The position numbers were made by a program, and so were the translations under genes. The notes below the pieces were generated by a model, which worked only from the letters and a program-made list of their open reading frames with translations, was not told the DNA's origin and did not search any database. DNA of 64,000 nucleotides, taken from Chiloscyllium plagiosum (lineage: Eukaryota). The stretch covers positions 95,769,147-95,833,146 of the forward strand of contig NC_057718.1 of the NCBI RefSeq assembly GCF_004010195.1, read 5' to 3'. Shown here one piece after another: positions 48,759 through 61,056 of this stretch. Each line of letters starts with the position of its first letter. Within the stretch, counting starts at the first letter, position 1.

Positions 48759-49092
48759 CAGGTACACAATCCTTCATCCGAAATCCGAAAGGCTCCGAAA
48801 TTTTTCTCGTGAAGTATTTTTTCTGCATAACAAGGTTGTTTGGCATTCAAAATGGTGACCCAACTCCACACCCATTTGACTCACGTCACTCAGATGTGAT
48901 GTGGCGGCGTGGCCCAGCACTGGCAGACACCAATTGTATCTCAGTGCTCATACTAGTCACACGTGGGCCTGCTGTTAGGTAATATTTTTAAAATTTCACT
49001 GTGAAAATATAATTTATTCTGAAATCTGAAAAGTTCCAAAATCTGAAAAACAACTGGTCCCCAAGGATTTTGGATAAAAGATTGTGTACCTG
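48759..49092. mobile_element. Tc1/mariner-superfamily (Tigger/pogo-like) MITE, 334 bp
   Basis: TIRs caggtacacaatccttcatccgaaatcc / ggattttggataaaagattgtgtacctg, with TA on both sides. Confidence 0.85.
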
Positions 49093-49274
49093 TATATGTT
49101 AGTGGTATCCAATATTTATGGGTAACAAATCTTTTCCTAGGAAGAGAAAACACTGAGAAGAAGTATTTTCATGATTTTAGTTTGCATCTCCATTATTTAT
49201 TATATGATATTTAACATAACTTTACGAGATTGAAGATAAGGTTATACATCAATACTCAATATATGTCTCTACAT

Positions 49275-49748
49275 ATGATTTGGAGGTGCCAGTGTTGGAC
49301 TGGGGTGTACAAAGTTAAAAATCACACAACACCAGGTTATAGTCCAACAGGTTTAATTGGAAGCACTAGCTTTCGGAGCGCCGCTCCTTCATCAGGTGGT
49401 TGTGGAGTACACAGTTGTAAGGCACAGAATTTATAGCAAAAGTTTACAGTGTGATATAACTGAAATTATATATTGAAAAGGACCTTGATTGCTTGTTAAG
49501 TCTTTCATCTTTTAGAATAACCATGTTGGTTCCAGTTCTTCCATATGTAAATCACAAAACTTTTTAAAAAAAGGTTAACTTTTCAATATATAATTTCAGT
49601 TACATCACACTGTAAACTTTTGCTATAAATTCTGTGTCTTACAACTGTGTCCTCCACACCCACCTGATGAAGGAGCGGCGCTCAGAAAGCTAGTGCTTCC
49701 AATTAAACCTGTTGGACTATAACCTGGTGTTGTGGGATTTTTAACTTT
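49275..49748. mobile_element. Family C PLE foldback: ~170-bp inverted arms, hammerhead motif on each strand
   Basis: Arms 49311-49480 and 49579-49748; cores at 49367-49395 (-) and 49664-49692 (+); unpaired ~36-nt tail 49275-49310. Confidence 0.88.
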
Positions 49749-50038
49749 CTCCCCATGAAGTTCAGTTGATCTTCAGAATATGTATTGATGTAAAAATACC
49801 AAGGGGCAAACTGTTCAGCATCTGACGAAGAAGTTGAATAATATAGCTAATATATTTTTTGCTTATAAAATCTAGGAATAATGTATTATATTGGTGATCC
49901 ACTAGGATAGTTTAGCAAGAAGGCATGAGTTAGATATTGAAAGCATTAAGCAATTTTTTTGCATTGTAAACTCACAATAACTTTGTTCAACTATGGTTTA
50001 GAGCATAGCCTTCTTCTGATTGAAGGCTATATCTATGG

Positions 50039-50350
50039 GAGGCACGGTGCTCAATGGTTAGCAATGCTGCCTCATAGCACGGGGTCCCAGGTTCGATTTC
50101 AGCATCGGGTGACTGTGTGGAGTTTGTACATTCTCCCTGTGTCTGCGCGGGTTTCCTCCGGGTGCTCCGGTTTCCTCCCACAGTCCAAAGATGTGCAGGC
50201 CAGGTGAATTGGCCATGTTAAATTGCCTGTAGTGTTAGGTGCATCTTTCAGAAGGAAATGATTCTGGGTGGGTTACTGTTTGGAGGGTTGGTGTGGACTG
50301 GTTGGGCTGAATGGCCTGTTTCCACACTGTAAGGAATCTAGTCTAATCTA
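50039..50350 (+). mobile_element. HE1-like SINE
   Basis: Head, core and tail present. Confidence 0.88.
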
Positions 50351-50729
50351 CACTAAAAGCTACAAAGGTCGCATTACCCTCATATCACAAAGGCTGTGGA
50401 AACACGAACCCAAACACACACACACAAAAAAAGCAAGCATTAAGCAGAATTGCCACAAAGGTACTTAAAAGCAGGAGAAAACACTTAAACTACAATATCT
50501 AAAAAATTGTTTGAGAAATTCTCCTTTCCATACAGTAGTTTATGCAATTATTTTGTTTAACATTCTGGTAGTAAATTTGACCTGACCCTTAAGTCATCCC
50601 AGAGACTGGATTTTCAAAGTATCCAACCTGAATGAATTTCAAAGGCAGGTGTTGTAAAGTCACATAACCATTTACAGCACAGTCACTGAAACCTTTATAA
50701 TTTGATGGTAATATTATTTCACTTTTTTT

Positions 50730-50800
50730 GGGATGCTCTTCGGAGGGTGGGTGTGGACTCAATAGGCCTGCTTCCACGCTGTAGGGATTCTATGATTCTA
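50730..50800 (+). mobile_element. HE1-like SINE tail fragment
   Basis: gctcttcggagggtgggtgtggac...ctgtagggattctatgattcta. Confidence 0.7.
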
Positions 50801-51074
50801 AGACTCTTGTTCGGGATCTGGATCCATGCATAGTCAACATGCTCCTGTGCATTAAGCTTGTGGCTATTATCATGAGTTGAGACAATTGACGTCAACAGAC
50901 AATGCACCTTCATCGAATATCCTTCCAATTTGGTCTTAATGCAGGGGCATGTGAGCTCTTAGTCTTCAAAGCCACTCACCATGAGGAAGCAAGGGGACCA
51001 CTAAATCTGAGAAGTGTTTTTGGGAAATAGGAGGCCACTGTGTCTGCAGTGGCTCTTCAAAGGAGTACCATTTG

Positions 51075-51390
51075 GGGTGGCATGGTGGCTCAGTGGTTAG
51101 CATTGCTGCCTCACAGTGCCAGGGTCCCAGGTTCAATTCCAGCCTTGGGTGACTGTCTGTGTGGAGCTTGCACATTCTCCCTGTGTCTGTGAGGGTTTCC
51201 TCTGGGTGCTCCGGTTTCCTCCCACAGTCCAAAGATGTGCAGGCCAGGTGAATTGGCCACGCTAAATTGCCCCATAGTGTTAGGTGCTTTAGTCAGAGGG
51301 AAATGGGTCTGGGTGGGTTACTCTTTGGAGGGTTGGTGTGGACTGATTGGGCTGAAAGGCCTGTTTCCACACTGTAGGAAATCTAATCTA
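51075..51390 (+). mobile_element. HE1-like SINE
   Basis: Head, core and tail present. Confidence 0.9.
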
Positions 51391-51516
51391 AAATAAAATT
51401 TCCTACTTTTCATCCATACTCCTGCATGTTGTTTCTATCCAAATAATCATCCAGGTCCCTTTTGAATGCATCAGTTGAACTTGTCTCCATTGCACTTCCC
51501 ATTCTAGACCCGAAAA

Positions 51517-51812
51517 CGGTGGCTCAGTGGTTAGCACTGCTGCATCACAGCTCCAGGGTCCCAGGTTCGATTCCAGCCTTGGGTGACTGTCTGTGTGGAG
51601 TTTGCATATTCTCCCCATGTCTGTGTGGGTTTCTTCTGTGGTGCTCCGGTTTCCTCCCACAGTCCAAAGATGTGCAGGTCAGGTGAATTGGCCATGCTAA
51701 GTTGTCCGTAGTGTTAGGTGCATTAGTCAGAGGGAAATGAGTCAGGGTGGGTTACTCTTCGGAGGGTCGGTTTGGGCTGAAGGGCCTGTTTCCACACTGT
51801 AAGTAATCTAAA
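51517..51812 (+). mobile_element. HE1-like SINE
   Basis: Head, core and tail present. Confidence 0.9.
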
Positions 51813-52472
51813 TACTTGTAGTGTAATGTTTTTTTTTCTTGCATCACGTTTTCTCTTTATGTGAAACACTTTAAATCTCTGTTGTCTTGCTTTGCTCCTT
51901 TTGCAAACAGAAATGGCTACTCGCTATCTTCTCTGTCCAGCCCAAAAATAAGCCCTTTCTCTGATCTCCACTTAGCTTCCTTCCCTCCAGTGAGAATAGT
52001 CCCAATTTCTTCCATCTAATTTCCAGTTCCTCACCTGTGGAACCATTCTTGTAAATTGCTTCTGTATTTTTTCTACAGAGGAACTGACTAGTATTTAAAT
52101 GGGACTGTCTACTGAAAATGAAAGGATACAACCCATCGAATCTAATCTTTTCAATGAAATAATGATTGGTCTACTTATCCTCAATCCACTTTTCCTGCCT
52201 TTTCCCCATAACCCTTTACTCTCTTCCTGTTTATCTCAGCCTGGAATGACCAAATCTCTACAGCGCTCTGGGGTAAAGATTTTTGCAATTCACTAATGTT
52301 TGAAAGAAAGAATTCTTCCTCATTTCTTCCCAGAAAGAGAAACCCATTAACTCTGAAATTATGCCTCTGGTCCTGGATTCACCAAAAGGGGAGACAACAT
52401 CTTGATGCATTCCCTGTAATCCTTAAGGTTCCTTTGGTCCCCTCTTTTGGATGCTTAGCCAATTCCCTTTTA

Positions 52473-52915
52473 TAGAGTCATAGAGCTATAGAGCCATACA
52501 GCACGGAAACAGACCCTTGGGTCCAACCAGTCCATGTCGAACATAATCCCAAACTAAACTAGTCCCACCTGCCTGCTCCTGGCCCATATCCCTCCAAACC
52601 TTCCCTATTCATGCACTTATCTAAGTGTCTTTTAAACATTGTAACTGTGCCCGCAATCACCACTTCCTCAGGAAATTCATTCCACACACAAACCATCCTC
52701 TGAGTAAAAATAATTGCCCCCATGTCTTTTTAAAATTCCTGACCTCTCACCTTTAAAATACGCTGTCTAGTTTTGAAATCCCCCATCCTAGGGAAAAGAC
52801 ACCGGCCATTAATCCTATCTATACGCCTGATAATTTTATAAATCTCCCTAAGGTCACCTCTCAAACTCCCACACTCCAGTGACAAAAGTCCCACCTATCC
52901 AGCCTTTCTTTATAA
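52473..52915 (-). mobile_element. CR1 3' fragment; older CR1 debris at 51930-52470
   Basis: tagagtcatagagctatagagcc tail; minus strand SYKERLDR. Confidence 0.85.
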
Positions 52916-53384
52916 CTCATATATACAGTACAGTGATTCTCTGAGATTGAAGACTGGAGATGTACATTCAAATGTTGCTGATTTCTGAATTGATACATGT
53001 TCACCTTTAAATATTTAAAACACCGCATTGATGGAAACCCTTTCAATCATTGAATAGGTAGATCATGGATCAATGTTTCTCTACAGCGATGAAAGGGTTT
53101 GGTTTAACAACAAACAACCAATGTCCAGAGCACAAAAGAGAGAAGGGGCAGGCGTTGCTCAAAGGAAAGTCTTATGGATGGGGACAACAATGCTTTGGAG
53201 ATGATTCAGATCATTTCATTCATATGGGCCCTTAGCTACTGTGGCAGGAGGGGGTTAATTTATGCTCAATCCTGAGCATGACAATGTGTCTGAAAATTAT
53301 ATTGAATTGTATGTGTGTGGCATGTGTAAACATCGTACTTTCCATGTACTTATTATGTTTGAGAGTACTGTCTAGTCTGTTGAA

Positions 53385-53832
53385 TGGATATAAGTGCGCA
53401 AGATGCCACAGCTGCATGCACAACCCAGACAATCATGGGAACCAAGCATCCATCCATGGACTCCAATTACATGCTGGGAGAGGCTGCCAACATCATCGAA
53501 GACCCCTCTCATGCCATAATACCCTCCTACAACCTCTTCCGTCAGGCAGAAGATACAGAAGCCTGAACACACGCACCACCAGGTTAAAGAACAGCTTCTT
53601 CCCGCTGTTATCGGACTGCTGAATGGACCTCCCTAACTTCAAATAATGTTGACCTTGCTTTGCACCTCTCCTGTGCAGTTTCAACCTCGTATGCCTGGCT
53701 CTGTCTAAACACCCAATGATCTGTATGTTCTCGTTTGCTATGATCTGCCTGTACTTCTGGCAAAACAAAGCTTTTCACTGTACTTAGGTGCATGTGACTA
53801 CAATAAATCAAATCAAATATAATCAAATCAAT
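53385..53832 (+). mobile_element. Rex1/Babar LINE 3' end
   Basis: AANIIEDPSH and LLQPLPSGRRYRSLNTRTTRLKNSFFP; aataaa followed by tcaaa repeats. Confidence 0.85.
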
Positions 53833-53864
53833 AATTGAACTAATGTCCAGATCGTCTTGTGTGT

Positions 53865-54072
53865 GTGTGACTTGTCTGTGTGGCGGACATGACTTGTATG
53901 TGTGGGGGACATGACTTGTATGTATGGGGGACGTGACTTGTATGTATGGGGGACGTGACTTGTCTGTATGGGGGGCATGACATATGTGTGGGAGACATGA
54001 CTCGCATGTGTGGGGGCATGATTTGTATGTGTGGGGGACATGATTGTATGTGTGGAGAACATGACTTGTTTG
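53865..54072 (+). repeat. ~22-bp minisatellite, ~9 degenerate copies
   Basis: Unit approximately acatgacttgtatgtgtggggg. Confidence 0.85.
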
Positions 54073-55301
54073 TGCAAAGCACACTCTTTGTACTGTCCCA
54101 GAACAAAAATAACCCAACAAAGATGTGTTCGAAAAACAGGGCACACCCATAAAATTGTAGATCAAATTTGAGTATCTCAATAACGACTGTGAAGATATCA
54201 TGGCTCACTGCTGAGACAATACTGGCCTATAACTTGGCCATAAAGGTTCTCTCGCGATATTTATGTTTCCTTAAAAGATGAAAGCGATCTTGACCCTGTT
54301 AAAAAGGGGTGCTGCTAATCACACACTTATAAAGTTAAAATGAAATAGTTGACACTCAGCCTCAGAACCAGACTAATCTTAATGGTGAGTTGCCAATGGT
54401 GAAGTAACACATTGTTACAGTTTTTTCCCGATGTTTCCCTAATTATGCTGGTCACACCTAGTTTAAAATAGGCAGCTGCAGGGCTGTCTAACATGAAGGA
54501 GGCCTATCGACTCACATGTGGCACAAATTAAGTCATTTTCAATTTGCAACAGAAATCTATACCATACTTGCCCCACTCACTTGACGCAATCATTTGAAAT
54601 AGTTAGTGCCAAGCTGTGTTACAATTTGATGTTAATCACCATCCCCTCTCCCTCCTACCCTGACAAGTAAAGTTCAGGCTAATACACTTCAGCAGATTGG
54701 TTGGTCTGTTTTCAGACAATTTCTCAGTGGTGCTACTTCGGTTCTGATCATGGGAGACTGGGTATCTGGGAGCTGGTTCCCCATTCTTCCACAGTTAGCT
54801 CCGTCTCTCCAAACAAAAGAAGCATGAGTCTATCCCCAGCTTCTGAAAGGTGCTGGGAGTTGCATCATTCATCAATAGCCTTCTGTTGTCAGCCCAGCGC
54901 GTGCATACCTTCGGAGATTGCACCCTCCCATTGCTCTTAGTGTTTCTGCAGTCGGTACGGGAACTAGATGCCCCGTGATTGACCTGCACTAAGTCGGCAC
55001 TTGAAAAGCATTTGCTGACTGCGCAATTCCAACTGAGCATGAGGACTATTGACCCAAGCTCCCAACATTGATCGCCGTCCAGTCATCCCTCGGTGCATGT
55101 GGGCAATGGAGTTGGATAGAATCAGGAAGTAGCCAAATAGCCTTCTGCCAGACATCACCCAGGCCCATGAGGTGAATAGTGACCATTTGGGAAAGCTACA
55201 AGATAAGTCTGGTGTCCTTGGAGCAACAGTATCATAGAAGGTCATAGAGATCTACAGAACAGAAAAAGGCCCTTTTGCCCTTCAGATCTGTGCTAGTCAA
55301 A

Positions 55302-55500
55302 CACAAGCTGGAGGCTGGAAGAACACAGTGAGCCAAGCAGCATCTGGAGATAGAGAAGCCGACATTTCGGGTGTAACGCTTCTTCAGGACTCCACCGAAA
55401 CGTCGGCTTCTCCACTTCCTGATGTTGCCTGGCTCACTGTGTTCTTCCAGCCTCCTGCATGTCTGCCTTAGATTCCAGCATCTGCAGTGTTTTTGTCTCG
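55302..55500. mobile_element. PLE foldback (further variant) with hammerhead-like core
   Basis: Arms gaggctggaagaacacagtgagcca / tggctcactgtgttcttccagcctc; minus-strand ctgaagaagcgttacacccgaaatgtc; flanks agtcaaa (55295-55301, 55501-55507). Confidence 0.8.
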
Positions 55501-55998
55501 AGTCAAAAACAACCAGCTAACTATTCTAAATCCATTTTCCAACCTTGGATGCCTTGGCATCACAAGTGCACATCTAAATACTTAAATGTTATCACTGTCT
55601 TTGCCTCTACTACCTTAAGAGGCAATGAGTTTCAGATTCCCACCAGCCTCTGCGTGAAAAACCTTTCCCTTCTGCCCTTAACTTAAATCTACGCCCCTGA
55701 TCATTAAGCCCTGTCTCAAGTGAAAAAGTTCCTTCCCATCTACCCTAGTAATACCCCTGATAATTTTATACATCTCAATCATGTTCTTTTATGTTCCAAG
55801 GAAACAAACCCCAGTCTGTCCACCAGCCGAGGCAACATTCTGGTAGATCTTCTCTGCACCCCCACCAGTGCAATCACATCCCTCCTGTAATGTGGATTCC
55901 AGAACTGCACACTGTACTCTCACTGCGGCCTAACCAATGTTTTGTACAGTTCTACCGTAACCAACCTGCTCTTTAACTCTACACCTTGGCTAATAAAG

Positions 55999-56860
55999 GA
56001 AAAGGTGGGGACTACAGGTGGTCCAAGGAGTAGGAGCGTGGCCATTTTGAGCATAAGCCCTTCATCAGGAATGTGGGGAGGGCCCAAGGAGGTTGAGAGA
56101 TAGATGGGAGGGGGCTGGGGCTGGGGGGAAGGTAGCTAGGAATGCGATAGGTGGAGGAAGGTGGGGGTGTGATGCTGATAGATCAGAGTGGAGGGTGGAG
56201 TGGATCGGTGGGAAAGAAGATAGACAGGTAGGACAGTTCAAGAGTGCGATAGAAAGATGTCTGTTGCTCTCAATGTGGTCTCCTCTACATTGGGGAGACA
56301 GGACACCAACTTAAGGAACGTTTCAGAGAACATCTCTGGGACACATGCACCAAATAGCCTCATTACACGGTGTCCGAATACTTTTAGTCCTCCTCCCACT
56401 CCACCAAGGACGTGCAAGTCCTGAGCCTCCACCACCGCCAAATCCAAGCTACCCAACGCCTGGAGGAAGAACGCCTCATCTTCCACTTTGGGACCCTCCA
56501 ACCACACGGATCAATGTGGATTTCACCAGTTTCCTCATCTCTCCTTCCACCACCTTATCCCATATCCAACCTTCCAACTCGGCACCACCCTCTTAAATTG
56601 TCCTACCTGTCCATCATCCTTCCCACCCATCCACTCCCTTCTCCCCTATGACCTATCACCATCATGCCCCTCTTTCATCTACCTATCGCATTCGTAGCTA
56701 CCTTTCTCCCAGCCCCACCCCTCTCATATTTATCTCTCAGCCCCCTTTGGTGGCCCCTCCACATTCATGATGAAGAGCTGATGCTTAAAACATCAACTCT
56801 CCTGCTCCTAGGATACTGCCTGACTGGCTGTGATTAACCAGCGCCACACTTTTTGACCTA
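55999..56860 (+). mobile_element. Penelope-like 3' end (GIY-YIG) with upstream inverted pLTR
   Basis: CSQCGLLYIGETGHQLKERFREHLWD and RLEEERLIFHFGTLQPHG; 56045-56245 is inverted to 56590-56790; flanks ggctaataaag (55988-55998, 56861-56871). Confidence 0.88.
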
Positions 56861-57784
56861 GGCTAATAAAGACAAGTACCCATATGCCTTCTTAATCACC
56901 ATATCTCCTTGTCTTGCAACCATAAGGGACCGGTGGGCATGCACAATGAGGTTCCTCTGATCCTCACTGCTTCCCAGGGTCCTCCTGTTCGTCATATCTT
57001 TCCTTGCCTTCTTTGTCCTACCCAAATGCATCACCTCTCATTAATCCAGTCTGAATAATTAGTAATATCCTCAGGAGGTTATAGAAGTGCAGTGAAGAAG
57101 TACAGAAAGCAGAAACAGAGAAAAATAAAAATCTTTATGAAAGGAGTGTGGAAAAAAAATGAATCAGGAGTCCTCACTGCTTGAGTAGGTGAGGGAACAC
57201 AGCCAGTAACAATTGATGCCATTTAGATACAATTCAAAGACAAACTTAAAAAGACCAAAATATATATTAGCTGCTTTTAGTAAATTACGCCACTGTGTTC
57301 TCAATTGCTGTAACTGTTAGACACCAAACCTAATTGTTATCCATTTGACAAGAATACAAAAAGCTCTATTTGACGTGTAATTTCGCCACTTCACAAAGTG
57401 TACTGTAACAACCACGAGGGGTTGTCAGTTCAAACCATACTTCAGGATTTGAACACGTTGAGTTTGCTGAACTATTAAGGTTGCTGGCTCCTGTCATTCA
57501 GGACTATTGGAGCCAGCAACACCTCCTCAGTATGCACACTGGTTTTGCTAATCAATTTAACTAATTTAATGCTCAGCATTTCTGCCAGGTTTGCATTGGA
57601 AGCTGATGAACCGAACATTTAATGAACATAACATGAATATATCTGCAATGAGGCATCCAATCCCTTCTCTTCAGCTTAAGACTTTAAACGGCATCTTTCA
57701 TTGGTGCCTTTTCTTGTGTAATTTGTTGTCCTTTAGCCAGTCACTTCCGAATCACATTGATAAAAGGAGGACCTTGCAATATGA

Positions 57785-58290
57785 AAGATGTTCTTAAACT
57801 TGAAAAGGTTCAGAAAGGATTTTCAAGGATGTTGTCAGGGTTGGAGAGCTTGAACTGTAGGGAGAGGCTGAATAGGCTGGGCTGTTTTCCCTGGAACCTC
57901 AGAGACTGAGGGGATGACCATATAGATGTTAATAAGATCATGAGGGGCATGGATAGGATGAATAGACAGGGTCTTTTCCCCAGGGTAGGGGAGTCCAAAA
58001 CTAGAGGGCATAGGTTTAAGGTGAGAGGGGAAAGATTTAAAAGGGACCAAGGGGCAACTTTTTCACGAAGAAGGTGGTACGTGTATGGAATGAGCTGCTA
58101 GATAGAGTGGTGGAGGCTGGTACAATGACAACATTTAAAAGGCATCTGGATGGGTTTATGAATAGGAAGGGGTTTAGAGGGCCAAGTGCTGGCAAATGGG
58201 ACTCAATTAATTTAAGACATCTGATCAGCATGGATGAGTTGGACCGAAGGGTCTGTTTCTGTGCTGTACATCTCTATGACTCTATGACTT
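57785..58290 (+). mobile_element. CR1 (HER1-like) 3' fragment
   Basis: VRVWNELLDRVVEAGTMTTFKRHLDGFM; ctatgact tail. Confidence 0.9.
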
Positions 58291-58479
58291 GCATTTATCT
58301 AGTGCCTGTCATAGGATCAGAATATGCCAATGACGCCCCTTTTGTAGTGTTGTACCTTGGCAAACGTGGCATGCTGGAATTTTGTACATAGCAATCTCCC
58401 ATAAATGGCATGAAGAATAAATCTTGGCCAGATCTCCCTGTCTCTTGTTTAAAACAGTCACACTGGATCATCTGTTTTC

Positions 58480-58632
58480 CCTGCAGAGGGGGCCTCAGTT
58501 TGATGATTCCTCTGAAAGATAGCATCTCAGTGAGGGCAAGAGTGTCAGCCTAGGGTTTTTGGCATAAGCATCTGTCATGGGACTTGGACCCCTAACCTCT
58601 CCTGGCTCTACCCACTGTGTCATGACTGACAC
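58480..58632 (-). mobile_element. DeuSINE-like (SacSINE1/AmnSINE1-type) fragment
   Basis: ggggcctcagtttga..tcctctgaaagatagcatctc..gagtgtcagcctag..gggacttggaccc resembles the reverse complement of the Deu domain and tRNA head. Confidence 0.55.
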
Positions 58633-58789
58633 TCATTAATCAAACATTCCATCTTGAATTGTAAGGTCTCGTTATCAAAAAATAATTGTTGCATTCTCCA
58701 GAGCAAGCGGTCACCGTGCCTCAGTCATATTTTGTGTATGTAAATCATCTCAGGATGTCTTTCAGAGCTGTGATGAGGCATTTTATGAA

Positions 58790-59262
58790 TAGAGTCATAG
58801 AGTCTTAGAGATGTACAGCACGGACACAGACCCTTCAATCCAACTCATCCATGACGACCAAATATCCTAAACCTATATAGGTGGCACAGTGGTTAGCATT
58901 GCTGCCTCACAGCACCAGAGACCCAGGTTCAATTCCTGCCTCAGGCAACTGTCTGTGTGGAGTTTGCACATTCTCCCCGTGTCTGCATGGGTTTCCTCCG
59001 CAGTCCAAAAATGTGCAGGTTAGGTGAATTGGCCTTGCTAAATTGCCCGTAGTGTTAGGTGAAGGGGTAAATGTAGGGGTACGGGTCTGGGTGGGTTGCG
59101 CTTTGGCGGGTCAGTGTGGACTTGCTTGGCCGAAGGGCCTGTTTCCACACTGTAAGTAATCTAATCTATCTAGTCCCATTTGCCAGCACTTGGCCCATAC
59201 ATGCCTCTAAACTCTTCCTATTCATATACCCATCCAGATGCCTTTTAAATGTAGCAATTGTA
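58790..59262 (-). mobile_element. CR1 tail interrupted by an HE1-like SINE
   Basis: Tail 58790-58875 resumes at 59167 (tctagtcccatttgccagc). Confidence 0.82.
58880..59166 (+). mobile_element. HE1-like SINE
   Basis: Head, core and taatc tail present. Confidence 0.9.
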
Positions 59263-59529
59263 TTTTTAAAATAGATCACTGCTAATTTTAATTCTTGGGT
59301 GATGGGATGGCAGAAAAAGAATTTTCTGCAAAGAGGGGTGGCCATTTCGTGGCAGAAAACTGTATTAAGCAAGGCCAGCAAAAGTAAGAATTAGAATTCG
59401 ATTTTATTGTTGCATGTACTCAAGTACAGAGGTACAGGAGTGCATTGAAACGTGTACAAAGTTCCAATTTGGACTGGGTGCAGAAGAGTGTCAGAAGAGG
59501 ATGAATAACTTGCCCTCTTTAACAAAGGG

Positions 59530-59655
59530 TCAGTTAGACTCGAAACATCAGCTCTTTTCTCTCCTTACAGAAGTTGCCATACCTGCTGAGATTTTCCAGC
59601 ATTTTCTCTTTTGGTTTCAGATTCCAGCATCCGCAGTAATTTGCTTTTTTTTTGC
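59530..59655 (+). mobile_element. Degenerate family A pLTR
   Basis: gactcgaaacatcagctc...ttccagcat..tttcagattccagcatccgcagta. Confidence 0.6.
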
Positions 59656-59834
59656 CCACTGTCTTGGTGTCAACATGGTATTGGTGAGGGAATTCCTGGA
59701 CGATTTCAAGAATTCCATCATTCGGGCACTGTGTGGACTTCATTTGAACTGTTGTCAGCTGAAAGCAGCTGTAAGTGCTACCAAAACTCTAGGAGACATC
59801 TCAGTGCCTCATTAAGGAATGGAAGCCCAGAGAT

Positions 59835-60015
59835 CATCAAGTTTTTGTGCTCCTTCAAAGGATGTGGGTCTCAGTGGCTGGGCCAGCACTCATTACTCAC
59901 TGCCAAATTGCCTCTGAGAAGCTTGTGGTGAGCTGTCTTCCTGAGCTGCTGCAGTCCATCTGGTGCAGGTATATCACAATGCCGTCAGGAAGGGAGTTGT
60001 AGCTTTTTGATCCAA
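59835..60015 (-). mobile_element. 3' end of the 7903-type LINE family
   Basis: gatgtggg..ggctgggccagca..gtggtgagctgtcttcctgagctgctgcagtccat. Confidence 0.6.
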
Positions 60016-61056
60016 TGAGATGAAAAGGGGCCATTAAGTTTCTGAGGTGATCCCTCCTGTGTCTTTCTTAAGTTCTTTGGAACTTTTGAATGCCAGTGGC
60101 CCACCTAGAATATTTGAATGAGCCTTTCCCAGCATTTGAGTTGGCGATTGGGTACCAGAGAGGGATGCTGCTCAATTTTAATGTGCTGATACTTCTGAAC
60201 ATAGGTATACAGACACAGAGAGAACGACTTGCCGCATGAACCTGCTCCCCTCTATGAAGACCTTTTAATTCTAATATTAGAAGTGGCTCCTAAATCAATT
60301 GCACCATTCATGAGGCACTTCTTATTTAAGATCTGGCCAATGTAAGACACTTAACTGATTTTTGAAATGGGCAGTTAGTGAAGGGTAATAATTCTAGTAT
60401 TGCTTCTATGCTACTGACCAGAAATGAATGAAAAATGTCGAACTATCTTGCTTTCAAAGGTGAAGGAGCTAACTGATAATCATTGAGTAGATTCACAAAT
60501 GGGGTGTTGATTTTACTGTAGCTGATGGGGTCTCACTCCAGCCTGAAGACTTGAGAAAGCCCTGTGCAGCTATTTTTGCTTAGATCAAGGGCCCTTGGGG
60601 GTGTCCACCCTGCTGAGGGCTGCCAAAGAATGGGTGACTAGTCACTCATCATGGCTCGGCGGCACCACCAGGGGTCAGTGGCTGCAGCCGGTATTGCACT
60701 CACTCAAGGCCAATGAACACCAAGATTCCCAGGCCGAAGTGACCATGGGAAGGGGGTTGCAGAGTGGGATTTGTGGTGGAAGTGGGAACATTGGCAGCAA
60801 GGGCAAAGGAGTTTGTTCTCAGTGGCCATCCCCTTGCTGATGCTGGGTCCCTCAGCAAAGCAGTGAAAGCCTGACAATGTGATACCCTCTTCTGGAAGCC
60901 TACAAGCAATGCCAACACTTTGCTTTATAGGCTGTCAAGTTGTGTGTCCCTTACCAGCCATTATTGAAATACCATGAGGATGAAAACCGTTAATGGGCAT
61001 TGATTGCTCCTGAATAGCCTTCCCCACCACTGACTTAACTGGGACAAAGATATCAT

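Larger units (their letters stand above)
55232..57055 (-). mobile_element. CR1 3' fragment interrupted by two PLE inserts
   Basis: CR1 segments 55232-55301, 55501-55998 and 56861-57055 are colinear. Confidence 0.8.

Noticed and set aside
53608..54208. His/Pro/Thr-rich ORFs
   Set aside because: Derived from the 22-bp minisatellite and antisense Rex1 UTR.
54700..55230. Short ORFs in unique-looking sequence as host exons
   Set aside because: No recognisable protein motif or convincing splice-site pair.
60500..61040. GC-richer block, possibly a non-autonomous DNA transposon
   Set aside because: No convincing TIRs or coding motif recognised.
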